A DNA stretch of 64,000 nucleotides, taken from positions 79,217 to 143,216 of IMG/VR virus record IMGVR_UViG_3300045974_000760; one strand, given 5' to 3'. The DNA comes from a virus. A model generated the notes under the pieces. That model was not told the DNA's origin. It did no database searches and saw nothing but the letters and a program-made list of their open reading frames with translations. Below, piece by piece: positions 63,961-64,000 of the stretch (position 1 is the first letter of the stretch; every line of letters starts with the position of its first letter). Made by a program: the position numbers and the translations under genes.

Positions 63961-64000
63961 TGGTCTTTCTCTTGTTTGAAAAGGAAGGCGGGCTGCCCTA

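Overview
A 64 kb segment of a large, GC-rich, tailed (contractile-baseplate type) bacteriophage; the host is unknown. Layout: 1-13.4 kb small accessory genes (pentapeptide-repeat proteins, a 2H phosphoesterase, a tandem DUF6948-like gene followed by ten short paralogous peptides); 11.7-15.1 kb tRNAs and tRNA-like RNAs; 15.2-29 kb tail/virion genes and Gly-zipper/polyvalent proteins (one with an ADP-ribosyltransferase-like domain); 30.2-31.3 kb a minus-strand translation operon; 33.7-54.3 kb lysis, baseplate and tail genes; 54.4-64 kb a minus-strand replication/recombination block (dcd, thyX-like, RusA-like, Cas4-like, resolvase, recA). Two results stand out. (1) TTA behaves as a stop codon. 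Reading by eye, I found no in-frame TTA inside any confident gene, but ten ORFs have an in-frame TTA at or near the point where they should end, including a TTATG stop/start overlap, a TTA-TGA tandem and a TTA aligned with a paralog's TGA. (2) An amber-gated operon: an ATG-CAC-TTC-TTC-TAG leader sits in frame with the first gene and is followed by an RBS-sequestering hairpin, a Pth2-like gene is split by an in-frame TAG, and a tRNA with a CUA anticodon lies directly downstream. All family assignments come from recalled motifs, not database searches. CDS ends below use TTA as stop where stated.
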